Assembly (NCBI GenBank): GCA_964291415.2
Contig: OZ219920.1
Span: 1,568,001-1,632,000 of the forward strand
Reading direction: 5' to 3'
DNA: 64,000 nucleotides
Origin: Alphaproteobacteria bacterium
Lineage (GTDB): Bacteria; Pseudomonadota; Alphaproteobacteria; SP197
This document shows positions 37,736 through 47,480 of the stretch, piece after piece (positions within the stretch are counted from its first letter, which is position 1; the number at the start of each line of letters is the position of its first letter). The notes under the pieces were generated by a model. That model was given only the letters and a program-made list of their open reading frames with translations, ran no database searches and was not told the DNA's origin. A program made the translations under genes and the position numbers.

Positions 37736-39826
37736 GTGACGAGAGTGGCGCGCGACCCGAGATACGACATTCTGTTCGAGCCGGTGCGCATCGGCCCCGT
37801 CGTGGCGCGCAACCGGTTCTACCAGGTTCCCCACTGCAACGGCTCCGGCATTCAGTTTCCCCACGGTCAGGCCGCCATGCGCGGCATGAAGGCCGAGGGC
37901 GGTTGGGCGGTGGTCAACACCGAGTGGTGTTCGATTCACCCGTCCATGGACATCCCCTCGGCCCAGAGCACGAGGCTGTGGAGCCGGGAGGACGTGCGCG
38001 TACACGCCCTGATGGTGGAGGCCGTCCATCGCCACGGCGCACTGGCCGGGTGCGAACTCGCCCACGCCGGTCTCACGTCGCACAATTCCTACAGCCGGCT
38101 GCCGGCCTTGGGACCGTCTGCGCGACCCATGCCACCCCAGGACTTTCCCGGACATGGGCGGGCCATGACACGCGACGACATTCGCAACGTCCGGCGCTGG
38201 CACCGCGCGGGTGTCAGACGTGCCCTCGAGGCGGGATTCGACCTCGTCTACGTCTACGCCAGCCACGGCATCACGGTCTTCACGGACTTCCTGTCGCCGC
38301 GGATCAACCGGCGAACGGACGAATACGGGGGATGTTTCGAGAATCGACTGCGCCTCCTGCGCGAGACCCTCGAGGACGTCATGGACGAAGCGCAGGGACG
38401 CTGCGCCGTTGCCCTGCGATTCGGCGTCGACGAGAAAGACGAACCGCCGTTTCTGGGAGACGAGGAGTGCCGGGCTGTCGTCGAATGCCTGGCCGACGTT
38501 CCCGATCTCTGGGACGTGAACATCGGTGGGCCGAACGACATGCTGACGTCGCGTTTCCGCAAGGAGGGCTGGCAGGAACCGTCCATGGCCTTCGTCAAGA
38601 CGCTCACGTCCCGACCGGTCGTGGGCGTCGGGCGCTTCACCAGCCCGGATACGATGGCGGCCATGGTCCGGCGTGGCGTCGTCGACTTCATCGGTGCGGC
38701 CCGACCGTCGATCGCCGATCCGTTCCTGCCCCGCAAGATCGAGGAAGGCCGCATCGACGACATTCGCGAGTGTATCGGCTGCAACGTGTGCCTGGCCTCC
38801 AACATGATGTCCGTACCCATCCGCTGCACCCAGAATCCCACCATGTCGGAGGAATGGCGCCGTGGATGGCACCCCGAGCGACTGCCCCGGCGCGGTAGCG
38901 GAACCCGCGTCCTTGTCATCGGAGCCGGGCCGGCTGGTCTCGAGGCGGCAAGGGCAGCTGGCCAGCGGGGCTATGAAGTGACGTTGGCTGAGGCGGGTTC
39001 GGAGGCCGGTGGTCATCTCAACCAGATGGCACGACTACCGGGTCTCGAGGAATGGATCCGGGTACGCGACTGGCGAGTCGGTCAGATCGACCGGATGAAC
39101 AACGTCGAAGTGTTCCGCGAGAGCAGACTCAACGCATCGGACGTGGCGGACTGGGGTCTCGGTCATGTGATTGTCGCCACCGGATCGCACTGGCGACGTG
39201 ACGGAGTGGGACGCACCAACATCGATCCAGTCCAGGGACACGCATGCGAGCATGTCCTCACCCCCGATGACGTTCTTGACAAAGCCCCTGTCCACTCGCC
39301 GGTGGTGATCTTCGATGACGACGCCTATGTCATGGGCGGAGCACTGGCAGAGAAGCTCGCCCGCGATGGACACCGCGTGCTTCTCGTCGCCACCGGGGCC
39401 ATGGTGTCGCCCTGGAGTCGTTTCGTGATCGACCAGGCGGACATTCACCGCCGCCTGGTCGCATGCGGTGTCGACGTTCTCCTCAGCCACAATCTCCTGG
39501 CCATAGAGGAGGGCTCGGTAACCGTCGCCGGCATGTTCGGTGAAGCTCCATTCGTCCGGGAGGCAGCAAGCGTGGTTCTGGTCACCATGCGCAACCCGCA
39601 GTCCGAACTGGCCGATGACCTCGGCAAGGCCCGGGGAGACGACGGTACAGGCGCCATCCAGAGCCTTGTCGCCGTGGGGGATTGCCATGTACCGGGACTG
39701 CTCTCGGAGGCTGTCTTCAGCGGTCATCTGGCGGCTCGCGCGCTTGACGAAACCGGCTCCGGGGACCTTCCCTTCCGGGTCGAACAGGTGCCCGCGGACT
39801 TCCGGTTCGCCGGGGACGGGAGATGA
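37736..39826 (+). CDS. Trimethylamine/histamine dehydrogenase family iron-sulfur flavoprotein
   Basis: NRFYQVPHCNG (covalent FMN Cys), VYVYASH, ARPSIADP, CIGCNVC..C [4Fe-4S] and GAGPAG. Confidence 0.9.
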   Translation: MTRVARDPRYDILFEPVRIGPVVARNRFYQVPHCNGSGIQFPHGQAAMRGMKAEGGWAVVNTEWCSIHPSMDIPSAQSTRLWSREDVRVHALMVEAVHRHGALAGCELAHAGLTSHNSYSRLPALGPSARPMPPQDFPGHGRAMTRDDIRNVRRWHRAGVRRALEAGFDLVYVYASHGITVFTDFLSPRINRRTDEYGGCFENRLRLLRETLEDVMDEAQGRCAVALRFGVDEKDEPPFLGDEECRAVVECLADVPDLWDVNIGGPNDMLTSRFRKEGWQEPSMAFVKTLTSRPVVGVGRFTSPDTMAAMVRRGVVDFIGAARPSIADPFLPRKIEEGRIDDIRECIGCNVCLASNMMSVPIRCTQNPTMSEEWRRGWHPERLPRRGSGTRVLVIGAGPAGLEAARAAGQRGYEVTLAEAGSEAGGHLNQMARLPGLEEWIRVRDWRVGQIDRMNNVEVFRESRLNASDVADWGLGHVIVATGSHWRRDGVGRTNIDPVQGHACEHVLTPDDVLDKAPVHSPVVIFDDDAYVMGGALAEKLARDGHRVLLVATGAMVSPWSRFVIDQADIHRRLVACGVDVLLSHNLLAIEEGSVTVAGMFGEAPFVREAASVVLVTMRNPQSELADDLGKARGDDGTGAIQSLVAVGDCHVPGLLSEAVFSGHLAARALDETGSGDLPFRVEQVPADFRFAGDGR

Positions 39827-39829
39827 CAC

Positions 39830-40636
39830 GTGCGTGAGGTGACCGATCAGGATCGTGCCGTGTTCGAGGAAGACGGTGTCGTGCTGCTGTCCGACGCCTT
39901 CGAAGAGGCATGGGTCGCCTCTCTGCGCGAAGCCGTTGACGAAGCGATGGCCAACCCCGGCCCCCATGCGATGGAGTACGCCAGGGAAGGCCGCTTCTTC
40001 GGCGATGTCGAACTGGCCCATCGCCTGCCGGCGTTCATGCGCTTCGTGCGCGAGTCGCCTGCCGCCGCCTACGCCGGTCTCATCATGGGATCCTCGAAGG
40101 TCAACTATTTCGACGATCATCTCCTGGTCAAGGAACCGGGAACCACCAAGCCCTCGCCGTGGCACCAGGACCAGCCCTACTGGGCCGTCAGCGGGCGCCA
40201 GGTCTGTTCCCTGTGGCTGCCGCTCGATTCCGTCGGCCGGGACATTGCCGTCGAATTCGTGAAGGGCTCCCACCACTGGCAGGAGTTCAACCCCTATCAC
40301 TTCGAGGACGGGCGCCTTTACGAGGGGGTCGGGCTCCCTCGCCTGCCGGACATCGAATCACATCGCGAACGGTACGACATCCTGCGTTTTGCCATGGAAC
40401 CCGGGGATGCGCTCATGTTTCACGGCATGATCGTTCACGGCGCTCCCGGCAACACCGGCCATCGTCGCCGCCGGGCGCTCTCGACCCGGTGGACCGGGGA
40501 CGATGCGCGCTTCTTCCGGCGTCCGGGCGAGATTTCCGTCCCCACCGTTCTGCCGGACCTTGCCGACGGCGCGTGCCTGGATTGCGACCGTTTCCCGGTC
40601 GTCTGGAGACATGCCTCTCCAGGGCATGGTGCCTGA
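39830..40636 (+). CDS. PhyH-family Fe(II)/2-oxoglutarate dioxygenase
   Basis: Motifs PWHQD, WLPLD, GSH, PGD..FHG..VHGAPGN and RRRA. Confidence 0.9.
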   Translation: MREVTDQDRAVFEEDGVVLLSDAFEEAWVASLREAVDEAMANPGPHAMEYAREGRFFGDVELAHRLPAFMRFVRESPAAAYAGLIMGSSKVNYFDDHLLVKEPGTTKPSPWHQDQPYWAVSGRQVCSLWLPLDSVGRDIAVEFVKGSHHWQEFNPYHFEDGRLYEGVGLPRLPDIESHRERYDILRFAMEPGDALMFHGMIVHGAPGNTGHRRRRALSTRWTGDDARFFRRPGEISVPTVLPDLADGACLDCDRFPVVWRHASPGHGA

Positions 40637-40642
40637 ACGTCC

Positions 40643-41590
40643 GTGACACGTCGCACGCTCTATCCGCCGGTCGAGCCCTATCGATCGGGCCGACTGGCGG
40701 TCGGGGACGGCCACGAACTCTACTTCGAGGAATGCGGCAACCCTGACGGCAAGCCTGCCGTCTTTCTTCATGGCGGACCCGGAGGCGGAGTGAGGCCCCA
40801 CTACCGGCAGTACTTCGACCCCGAAGCCTGGCGCGTGATCCTGTTCGACCAGAGGGGCTGCGGCCGCTCCACACCGTGGGCCTTGCTCGAAGCCAACACC
40901 ACCTGGCACCTGGTCGAGGACATGGAGGTCTTGAGGCGATTTCTCGGAATCTCCTCCTGGCTTGTCTTCGGTGGATCCTGGGGGAGCGCGCTGGGGCTCG
41001 CCTATGCCCAGACCCATCCCGGGCATGTGAGTGCACTGGTGCTCTACGGCATCTTCACCCTGCGCAAGTCGGAATTGCGATGGCTCTACCAGGACGGAGC
41101 CAGCCACGTCTTTCCCGATGCGTGGGAGGACTTTCTCGCCCCTGTTCCCGAAGCCGGACGGAACGACATGATGGGATCCTACATGCAGCTCCTGACATCC
41201 GGCGACCCCGACAGGGAACGCGAGGCAGCGAGGGCATGGAGTGTCTGGGAAGGGTCGATCCTTTCGCTCATTCCCGATCCCGGACGGATGGAAAGATTTG
41301 CCGGCGATGCCTTCGCCAGGGCCTTTGCCCGGATCGAATGTCACTACTTTGTCAATGGCGGGTTCTTCTCCCGTGACGGCCAACTCATCGACAACATCGA
41401 CAGGTGCCGGCACATTCCCGCGGTGATCGTGCAGGGACGCTACGACATCTGCACACCGGCCAGAACGGCATGGGACCTTCACCGCGCATGGCCGGAAGCC
41501 GACTTCCGCCTGGTGCCCGATGCCGGACACACGGCCCTCGAACCGGGGAACATCCATGAACTCGTGGGCGCCACGGATGGCTTCAGGTAG
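40643..41590 (+). CDS. pip: Proline iminopeptidase
   Basis: Motifs HGGPGGG, FDQRGCGRS, FGGSWGS, ARIECHYF, QGRYD and AGH. Confidence 0.95.
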   Translation: MTRRTLYPPVEPYRSGRLAVGDGHELYFEECGNPDGKPAVFLHGGPGGGVRPHYRQYFDPEAWRVILFDQRGCGRSTPWALLEANTTWHLVEDMEVLRRFLGISSWLVFGGSWGSALGLAYAQTHPGHVSALVLYGIFTLRKSELRWLYQDGASHVFPDAWEDFLAPVPEAGRNDMMGSYMQLLTSGDPDREREAARAWSVWEGSILSLIPDPGRMERFAGDAFARAFARIECHYFVNGGFFSRDGQLIDNIDRCRHIPAVIVQGRYDICTPARTAWDLHRAWPEADFRLVPDAGHTALEPGNIHELVGATDGFR

Positions 41591-41622
41591 GCTCGACTGT
41601 CGTTGGCGAGAGGACTCCGGCG

Positions 41623-42411
41623 ATGAATCTCGAACTTCAAGGCAAGACCGTCCTGATCACCGGTGGATCGCGCGGCATCGGCTATGCCACGGCACGTGCC
41701 TTCGCGTCGGAAGGAAGCAACCTCCACCTGGCCTCAAGGACGAGAGAAGATCTGGAACGGGCCAGGAACGCCATTCGGAGCGAATTCGCGGTGGCCGTCG
41801 ACATTCACGCGGCCGATCTCTCGAGCGCAGAGCAGGCACGTGCGTTGGCGCACGCCTGCGCAGACGCCGACATTCTCGTGAACAATGCGGGCGCCATTCC
41901 CCTGGGCACGTTGCTGGACGTTGACGAAGAAACCTGGCGCGCCGCCTGGGATCTCAAGCTCTTCGGCTACATCACGATGATGCGCGCCATGTACGGTGAA
42001 ATGAAGGCGCGCGGCCGTGGTGTGATCGTCAACAACATCGGCACGGCAGGTGACCAACGGCCGTCCGGCTATGCCGCGGGAGTGACGGCCAATGGTGCGC
42101 TCGTCACGCTGACGCGGGCTCTCGGCGGAACGAGTCTCGACGACGGAATCAGGGTCGTCGGCATCAGCCCCGGCGACATGGAAAACGACCGCGGCATCAT
42201 GGCTCTCAAGCATCATGCCAGGAAGAGGTTCGGTGACAGCGACAGGTGGCGTGAACTGATATCCGGCATGCCGGGCGGCTCGCTCCCGGTTTCCGAAGAC
42301 ATGGCCCACGCCATCGTCTTCCTCGCCAGTCCCCGGGCGCGTTTCATCAGTGGCGTCGTGCTCACCGTCGACGGCGGCATGTGCGCACGACAGGCGGTCA
42401 TTGGCGGCTGA
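41623..42411 (+). CDS. Short-chain dehydrogenase/reductase (atypical active site)
   Basis: TGGSRGIG, NNAG, SG.VLTVDGG. The YxxxK motif is replaced by YAAGVTAN. Confidence 0.88.
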   Translation: MNLELQGKTVLITGGSRGIGYATARAFASEGSNLHLASRTREDLERARNAIRSEFAVAVDIHAADLSSAEQARALAHACADADILVNNAGAIPLGTLLDVDEETWRAAWDLKLFGYITMMRAMYGEMKARGRGVIVNNIGTAGDQRPSGYAAGVTANGALVTLTRALGGTSLDDGIRVVGISPGDMENDRGIMALKHHARKRFGDSDRWRELISGMPGGSLPVSEDMAHAIVFLASPRARFISGVVLTVDGGMCARQAVIGG

Positions 42412-42461
42412 AACCGCCATTTGCTCCCGACCCGTTTCGTTGCCCCTGCAACGTCGCACAT

Positions 42462-42557
42462 ATCGTTTCAAGTTACGCGAAACGAAAACTTGAAGTGACC
42501 GCAATATACTTTTATTATAGATAGATAATCGTTTCACAATTAGGGCAAATCGTTTCA
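42462..42557 (+). repeat. Three ATCGTTTCA direct repeats plus an 8-bp inverted repeat in an AT-rich promoter
   Basis: ATCGTTTCA at 42462, 42528 and 42549; TTCAAGTT(42467)/AACTTGAA(42487). Confidence 0.7.
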
Positions 42558-43858
42558 TGCCCCTCTCTGGCCGAGCCATAATCTACTACATCGCTGACCA
42601 TCCCGGCGCCCGCCGGGACGATATCAGGCGGCACGCCGCGCCAGAGTCCAGCGAGACGACCGTCTGGCGCGCGCTCAGGCGGCTTATCGACGAGGGAAAG
42701 CTCCAGGTTTCGGGCAAGGGCCGTGCAACGGGCTACTCGCTAGCAGGCTCTGCCGTGGTCCGAGCCCATTTGCAAACGCCCTACAACCACCGAAGGCCCG
42801 TCAGCTACAATAGGGAGTTCCTGGACCGCTACATCCCGGACAAGACGCCTTATCTCGCCAAAGCAGACCGGCAACGCCTGTTCGAGGCCGGCGCGCGCGC
42901 CGGCGCGTCGTTACCAGCAGGCGCTTACGCACGCCGCATTCTCCAACGGCTGCTGGTCGATCTGTCATGGGCGTCTTCACGCATGGAAGGGAACACTTAC
43001 AGCCTGTACCAAACCGAACGCCTGATTCGTTTCGGCGAGGAGGCTTCCGGGAAGGACCTCAAGGAAGCGGTCATGATCCTCAATCACAAGGACGCCATCG
43101 AATACATCGTGGACAACCTCGGCCAGATCGCGATCAGCCCGCTGGGCCTGTGCAATATCCACGCCTTCCTGGCTGACTGCCTTCTGGCCGATCCCGCCAT
43201 GGACGGAACCCTCCGGAGTATGCCGGTCGGAATCTCGCATTCATGCTACAGGCCGCTTGAGGACCATTTCGCGATCAAAGAGGAGTTCGAGATCCTGATC
43301 GCGAAGGCCGCGGCCATTACCGATCCGTTCGAGCGGTCCTTCTTTCTCCTTGTCCATATCCCGTACTTGCAGGCGTTCGACGATATCAACAAGCGCACAT
43401 CGCGCGTGTCCTCCAACATTCCGCTTCTCCAGGCCGGTCTCGGGCCTATGTCTTTCCTGACCGTGGATGACCGCGCCTACATCGACGGTCTGCTGGGCGT
43501 CTATGAGCTGAACAATGTTTCCTTGCTGCGCGAGGTCTACATCGACGCCTATCTGGCCTCCGCAGACAGGTATCGCGTACTGCGTGCCGAGGTCGAGACG
43601 CCGGAAAAGGCAGCGCTCGTCTATCGCGATTTTGTCCGCGAGGCCGTGCGGCGCTGCGTGCTGGACTGGAAGGCATTCCGACCCCGTCAGATCAAGGAAA
43701 TGACCGCGCACGCCGACATTCCGCAAGAGGATCGTGAGGACGTGGTCAATTATGTCGGGCAAGAGGTCCGCAGCCTGCATGAAGGGAACGTCATACGCTA
43801 CCGGCTGCGCCCGGCGGACCTCAAAGGTCTCGGCTTCGTACATCAGGAGGAGGCATGA
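42557..43858 (+). CDS. Fic-domain protein with N-terminal winged HTH
   Basis: wHTH TVWRALRRLIDEG...GKGRATGY, inhibitory-type SSRMEGN, ILNHK, and variant Fic motif LQAFDDINKRTSR. Confidence 0.85.
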   Translation: MPLSGRAIIYYIADHPGARRDDIRRHAAPESSETTVWRALRRLIDEGKLQVSGKGRATGYSLAGSAVVRAHLQTPYNHRRPVSYNREFLDRYIPDKTPYLAKADRQRLFEAGARAGASLPAGAYARRILQRLLVDLSWASSRMEGNTYSLYQTERLIRFGEEASGKDLKEAVMILNHKDAIEYIVDNLGQIAISPLGLCNIHAFLADCLLADPAMDGTLRSMPVGISHSCYRPLEDHFAIKEEFEILIAKAAAITDPFERSFFLLVHIPYLQAFDDINKRTSRVSSNIPLLQAGLGPMSFLTVDDRAYIDGLLGVYELNNVSLLREVYIDAYLASADRYRVLRAEVETPEKAALVYRDFVREAVRRCVLDWKAFRPRQIKEMTAHADIPQEDREDVVNYVGQEVRSLHEGNVIRYRLRPADLKGLGFVHQEEA

Positions 43859-45375
43859 CCATTGTCGAAGTCCGGCGTGTGGCGCGAGGGGCCGGCGGTT
43901 TCATCGAGTTCCTCGGGCCGATTCGCCCGCTGCAATGCGTCCAGCGCTCGCTTGCGGGCATACGCATGATCGATCACAGGCAGGGGCCACGTGTCTCCGA
44001 GGTCGACGCCTGCTGCCTTCAGGACCGGCGCCGTCGCGGTCCACGGCACGTGGATGACCGCGTCCGGCAACTCCGCAAGTTCGGGAAGCCAGCGACGCAG
44101 GTAACGCCCCTCCCCGTCGAAACGCCGCGACTGCGCGACCGGATTGAAGATGCGAAAGTAGGGCGCGGCGTCGACGCCGGTGCCTGCCACCCATTGCCAG
44201 CCCGCGCTGTTGTTGGCGCGGTCGGCATCCACCAGTGTGTCGACGAACCAGTCAGCGCCGGCGCGCCAGTCGATCAATAGATGCTTGGTGAGGAATGAAG
44301 CAGCGACCATGCGCACACGGTTGTGCATCCAGCCCGTGGTCCAGAGTTCCCGCATTCCTGCGTCCACCAGCGGATAGCCGGTGCGGCCACGCTGCCAGCG
44401 CTCAAGCCCAGCCGGATCGTCGCGCCAGGCCAGGCGATCGAAGGCCGGGCGCATGTTCTTGTGCTCCATGCCGGGATTGTGGAACAGGAGGTGGTGGGCA
44501 AACTCCCGCCAGCCGAGTTCACGCAAGAAGGCTTCGCCACCCTCACCAGGCGCCCTCGGGCCGATCGCGGCCGCGATCTGGCGAGGCCCGATCTCGCCGA
44601 AGCGCAGGTGGGGCGAGAGCATGCTCGTAGCCGGATCGCCCGGCCGGTCCCGATCGTCGCCATAGCGGGTGACGACACCGCAGGCGAACGTGTCGAGGCG
44701 CTCGCGAGCTGCAGCCTCTCCCGGCTGCCAGGCCGCCCGCAGCCCTGCGGCCCAGTCCGGGCCCCGCGGGCGCAGCCCCCAGTCTTCCAGCACATCGCCC
44801 GGCGGCCAGGTGCCGGGCGTGGGCAGGCGCGGCGAGGCACCATCGGGAGCCGCGAAACCGTGCTCCAGGCAGCGCCGCCAGAACGGCGTGAAGACACCGT
44901 AGGCCGTTCCGCTGCTCGTGCGGATGTCCCAGGGCTCGAACAGCAGCGCGGCGTTGAAGGAGCGCACCTCAATTCCGCGATTCCCGCACTCGGCCTTGAT
45001 ACGCCGGTCGCGATCGATGGTCTTCGGCTCGTAGAGCCTGTTCCAGACGATCGCCGAGCAACCGGTTTCAGCGATGAGCCCGATGAGGACCGCTTCCGCC
45101 GGGCCGCGGCGCAGGACGAGCCGGCTGCCCTGTCGCTCCAGGGTCTTTGCAAGCGCCTCCAGACTGCCATGCAGCCACCAGCGCGATGCACCGCCGAGCG
45201 CAGTGTCGCCCGTTTCTTCGTCCAGGACAAACACCGGAATGATGGGTCGTCCGGTCCCGACGGCCCACGCGAGCGCCGGGTTGTCCGCAAGCCGAAGATC
45301 GCGCCGGTGCCAGACCAGCACCGGCCGTGCGTCGCTGACGCGACCTGCCCACTGCACTCCGGCTGCACTCGACAT
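43843..45375 (-). CDS. phrB: Class I CPD DNA photolyase
   Basis: Motifs WHRRDLRLADNPAL, VFTPFW, TS.LSPHLRFGE, GRTGYPLVDAGMR, GWMHNRVR and DAAPYFRIFNP. Start approximate. Confidence 0.92.
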   Translation of the reverse strand: MSSAAGVQWAGRVSDARPVLVWHRRDLRLADNPALAWAVGTGRPIIPVFVLDEETGDTALGGASRWWLHGSLEALAKTLERQGSRLVLRRGPAEAVLIGLIAETGCSAIVWNRLYEPKTIDRDRRIKAECGNRGIEVRSFNAALLFEPWDIRTSSGTAYGVFTPFWRRCLEHGFAAPDGASPRLPTPGTWPPGDVLEDWGLRPRGPDWAAGLRAAWQPGEAAARERLDTFACGVVTRYGDDRDRPGDPATSMLSPHLRFGEIGPRQIAAAIGPRAPGEGGEAFLRELGWREFAHHLLFHNPGMEHKNMRPAFDRLAWRDDPAGLERWQRGRTGYPLVDAGMRELWTTGWMHNRVRMVAASFLTKHLLIDWRAGADWFVDTLVDADRANNSAGWQWVAGTGVDAAPYFRIFNPVAQSRRFDGEGRYLRRWLPELAELPDAVIHVPWTATAPVLKAAGVDLGDTWPLPVIDHAYARKRALDALQRANRPEELDETAGPSRHTPDFDNGHASS

Positions 45376-45642
45376 CGTTCTCCCTTCCCGCTGCCGTTGC
45401 CCGGACCCCGTCGGCATGCAAGTCCAACTTGACGCGAGCAGGCATCTCATTGGCGGAGGTGCCGCGACACCGCATTCGTCAGGGAGTTCAGGGAGGCACC
45501 TATACCCCAGTGCCGGGATTCGGGAAAACCTGCACAGCTGCGCCACGTTCCAGGCGCGGACCACTCGTTCCTCGGGTTGCCTTCATCGGGACATGACAGC
45601 GTGCCATACTCCCCGTCCCCTTGGTCCTGTGGAGTGTCGGCC

Positions 45643-47466
45643 ATGCGTCTCGTGTCAATTCTTGCTGTCCTGGTGCTGGCAACAGGATCCGCGCTGGCCG
45701 AAACGGTGCGGGAGTCCCACGGAATCTCGCGGTACGGCGACCTGAAGTACGACGAGACCTTCCGTCACTTCGACTATGTCAATCCTGACGCGCCCAAAGG
45801 CGGCGAGGCCCGCTTCTTCGGCTTCGGCGGCTTCGACACTCTCAACGCCTACAGCCTAAGGGGACGCAAGGCGGCCGGTCTGTCGGCGCTCTATGACACG
45901 CTGCTGAAGAAGTCGAATGACGAGCCGACCGCGGCCTACGGCCTGCTAGCCGACCGCGTACGGGTGCCGGACGATCACTCCTGGGTCGCCTTCCGCCTGC
46001 GCCCTGAAGCGCGCTGGCATGACGGCACGCCCGTCACGGCGGACGATGTGGTCTGGAGTCTCGAAACCCTGCGCGAGAGCGGTCTGCCGCTCTATGCAAC
46101 CTACTATGCCAACGTCGCGGAAGCGGTCGTGGAGGACGGTGGCTGGATTCGCTTCACGTTCGACGGACCGGGAAACGTCGAACTGCCACTGATTCTGGGT
46201 GAGCTTCCGATTCTGCCGCGCCATTGGTACGAGGGCCGGGATTTCGAGGAAGCCAGTCTCGATTTCCCGATGGGAAGCGGACCCTACAGGGTTGTCGATG
46301 TCGATCCGGGCCGTTCCATCACCTATGCGCGCCATGAGAACTACTGGGGTGCCGATCTTCCGGTCAATGTCGGCTTCCACAACTTCGATCGAATTCGCTA
46401 CGACGAGTATCTCGATCTCGACATCGCCATGGAAGCCTTCAAGGCGAACGAGTACGACTTCCGTTCGGAAAACAACTCCAAGCGCTGGGCAACGTCCTAT
46501 AGCGGCAGCATCTTCGACGACGGCCTGGTCGTCGTCGAGAAGGTCGCGCACAGCCGTCCCCAGGGCATGCAGGGATTCGTCTTCAACCTGCGCCGCGAGA
46601 AGTTCGCCGACCCGAAGGTCCGCCAGGCGCTCGCCCTTGCCTTCGACTTCGAATGGGCAAACCAGAATCTCTTCTACGGCCAGTACCTGCGATCGGTGAG
46701 CTATTTTTCCAATTCGGAACTCGCCGCCAGCGGCACGCCGGACGAAGCCGAACGCGCCCTGCTGGAACGCCACGGCGAAGGCCTTCCGGAAGCCGTCTTC
46801 GGCGAGGTGCCCGTACCGCCGGTCACCGACGGATCGGGCAACAACAGAACCAATCTGCGCAAGGCAAAGGCCCTTCTTGCAGAGGCCGGCTGGACGGTCC
46901 AGGACGGCGCATTGACCGGCCCCGCCGGAACACCGATGGAGATCGAGTTTCTCATGGTCCAGCCGGCGTTCGAACGCATTCTCCAACCTTTCCGCGCCCA
47001 GCTGGAACGCCTCGGAGCCCGCCTGGAGATCCGGTCCATCGATGCCGCCCAGTACAAGGAACGCCTCGACAAATTCGATTTCGACCTGGTGGTAACCGGT
47101 TTTGGGCAGTCGCGATCACCGGGCAATGAACAGAGAAACTACTGGAGCTCGGCCGCGGCCGACATTCCCGGAAGCAACAATCTTGCCGGTATCAGGAGTC
47201 CGGCAATCGACGCCCTCATCGAAGAACTCATCTATGCCGGCACCCGTGCGGAACTCGTCACGGCAGCACGAGTTCTCGACCGCGTGCTGCGCCACGGCCA
47301 CTACGTCATACCCAACTGGCACATTACCTATGACCGGGTTGCCTGGTGGGACAGGTTCGGACAACCCGACATCGTTTCCGATGACGGCATCGTTCTCGAC
47401 ACCTGGTGGATCGATGCCGAGAAGGATGCGGCCCTCAAGGAACGGATCGGATCTGAAAACGACTGA
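45643..47466 (+). CDS. yejA: Peptide ABC transporter substrate-binding protein (YejA-like)
   Basis: Signal peptide plus HFDYVNPDAPKGG, ARWHDG, GSGPY and SPGNEQR. Confidence 0.88.
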   Translation: MRLVSILAVLVLATGSALAETVRESHGISRYGDLKYDETFRHFDYVNPDAPKGGEARFFGFGGFDTLNAYSLRGRKAAGLSALYDTLLKKSNDEPTAAYGLLADRVRVPDDHSWVAFRLRPEARWHDGTPVTADDVVWSLETLRESGLPLYATYYANVAEAVVEDGGWIRFTFDGPGNVELPLILGELPILPRHWYEGRDFEEASLDFPMGSGPYRVVDVDPGRSITYARHENYWGADLPVNVGFHNFDRIRYDEYLDLDIAMEAFKANEYDFRSENNSKRWATSYSGSIFDDGLVVVEKVAHSRPQGMQGFVFNLRREKFADPKVRQALALAFDFEWANQNLFYGQYLRSVSYFSNSELAASGTPDEAERALLERHGEGLPEAVFGEVPVPPVTDGSGNNRTNLRKAKALLAEAGWTVQDGALTGPAGTPMEIEFLMVQPAFERILQPFRAQLERLGARLEIRSIDAAQYKERLDKFDFDLVVTGFGQSRSPGNEQRNYWSSAAADIPGSNNLAGIRSPAIDALIEELIYAGTRAELVTAARVLDRVLRHGHYVIPNWHITYDRVAWWDRFGQPDIVSDDGIVLDTWWIDAEKDAALKERIGSEND

Positions 47467-47480
47467 TCGAAGGCAACGTC

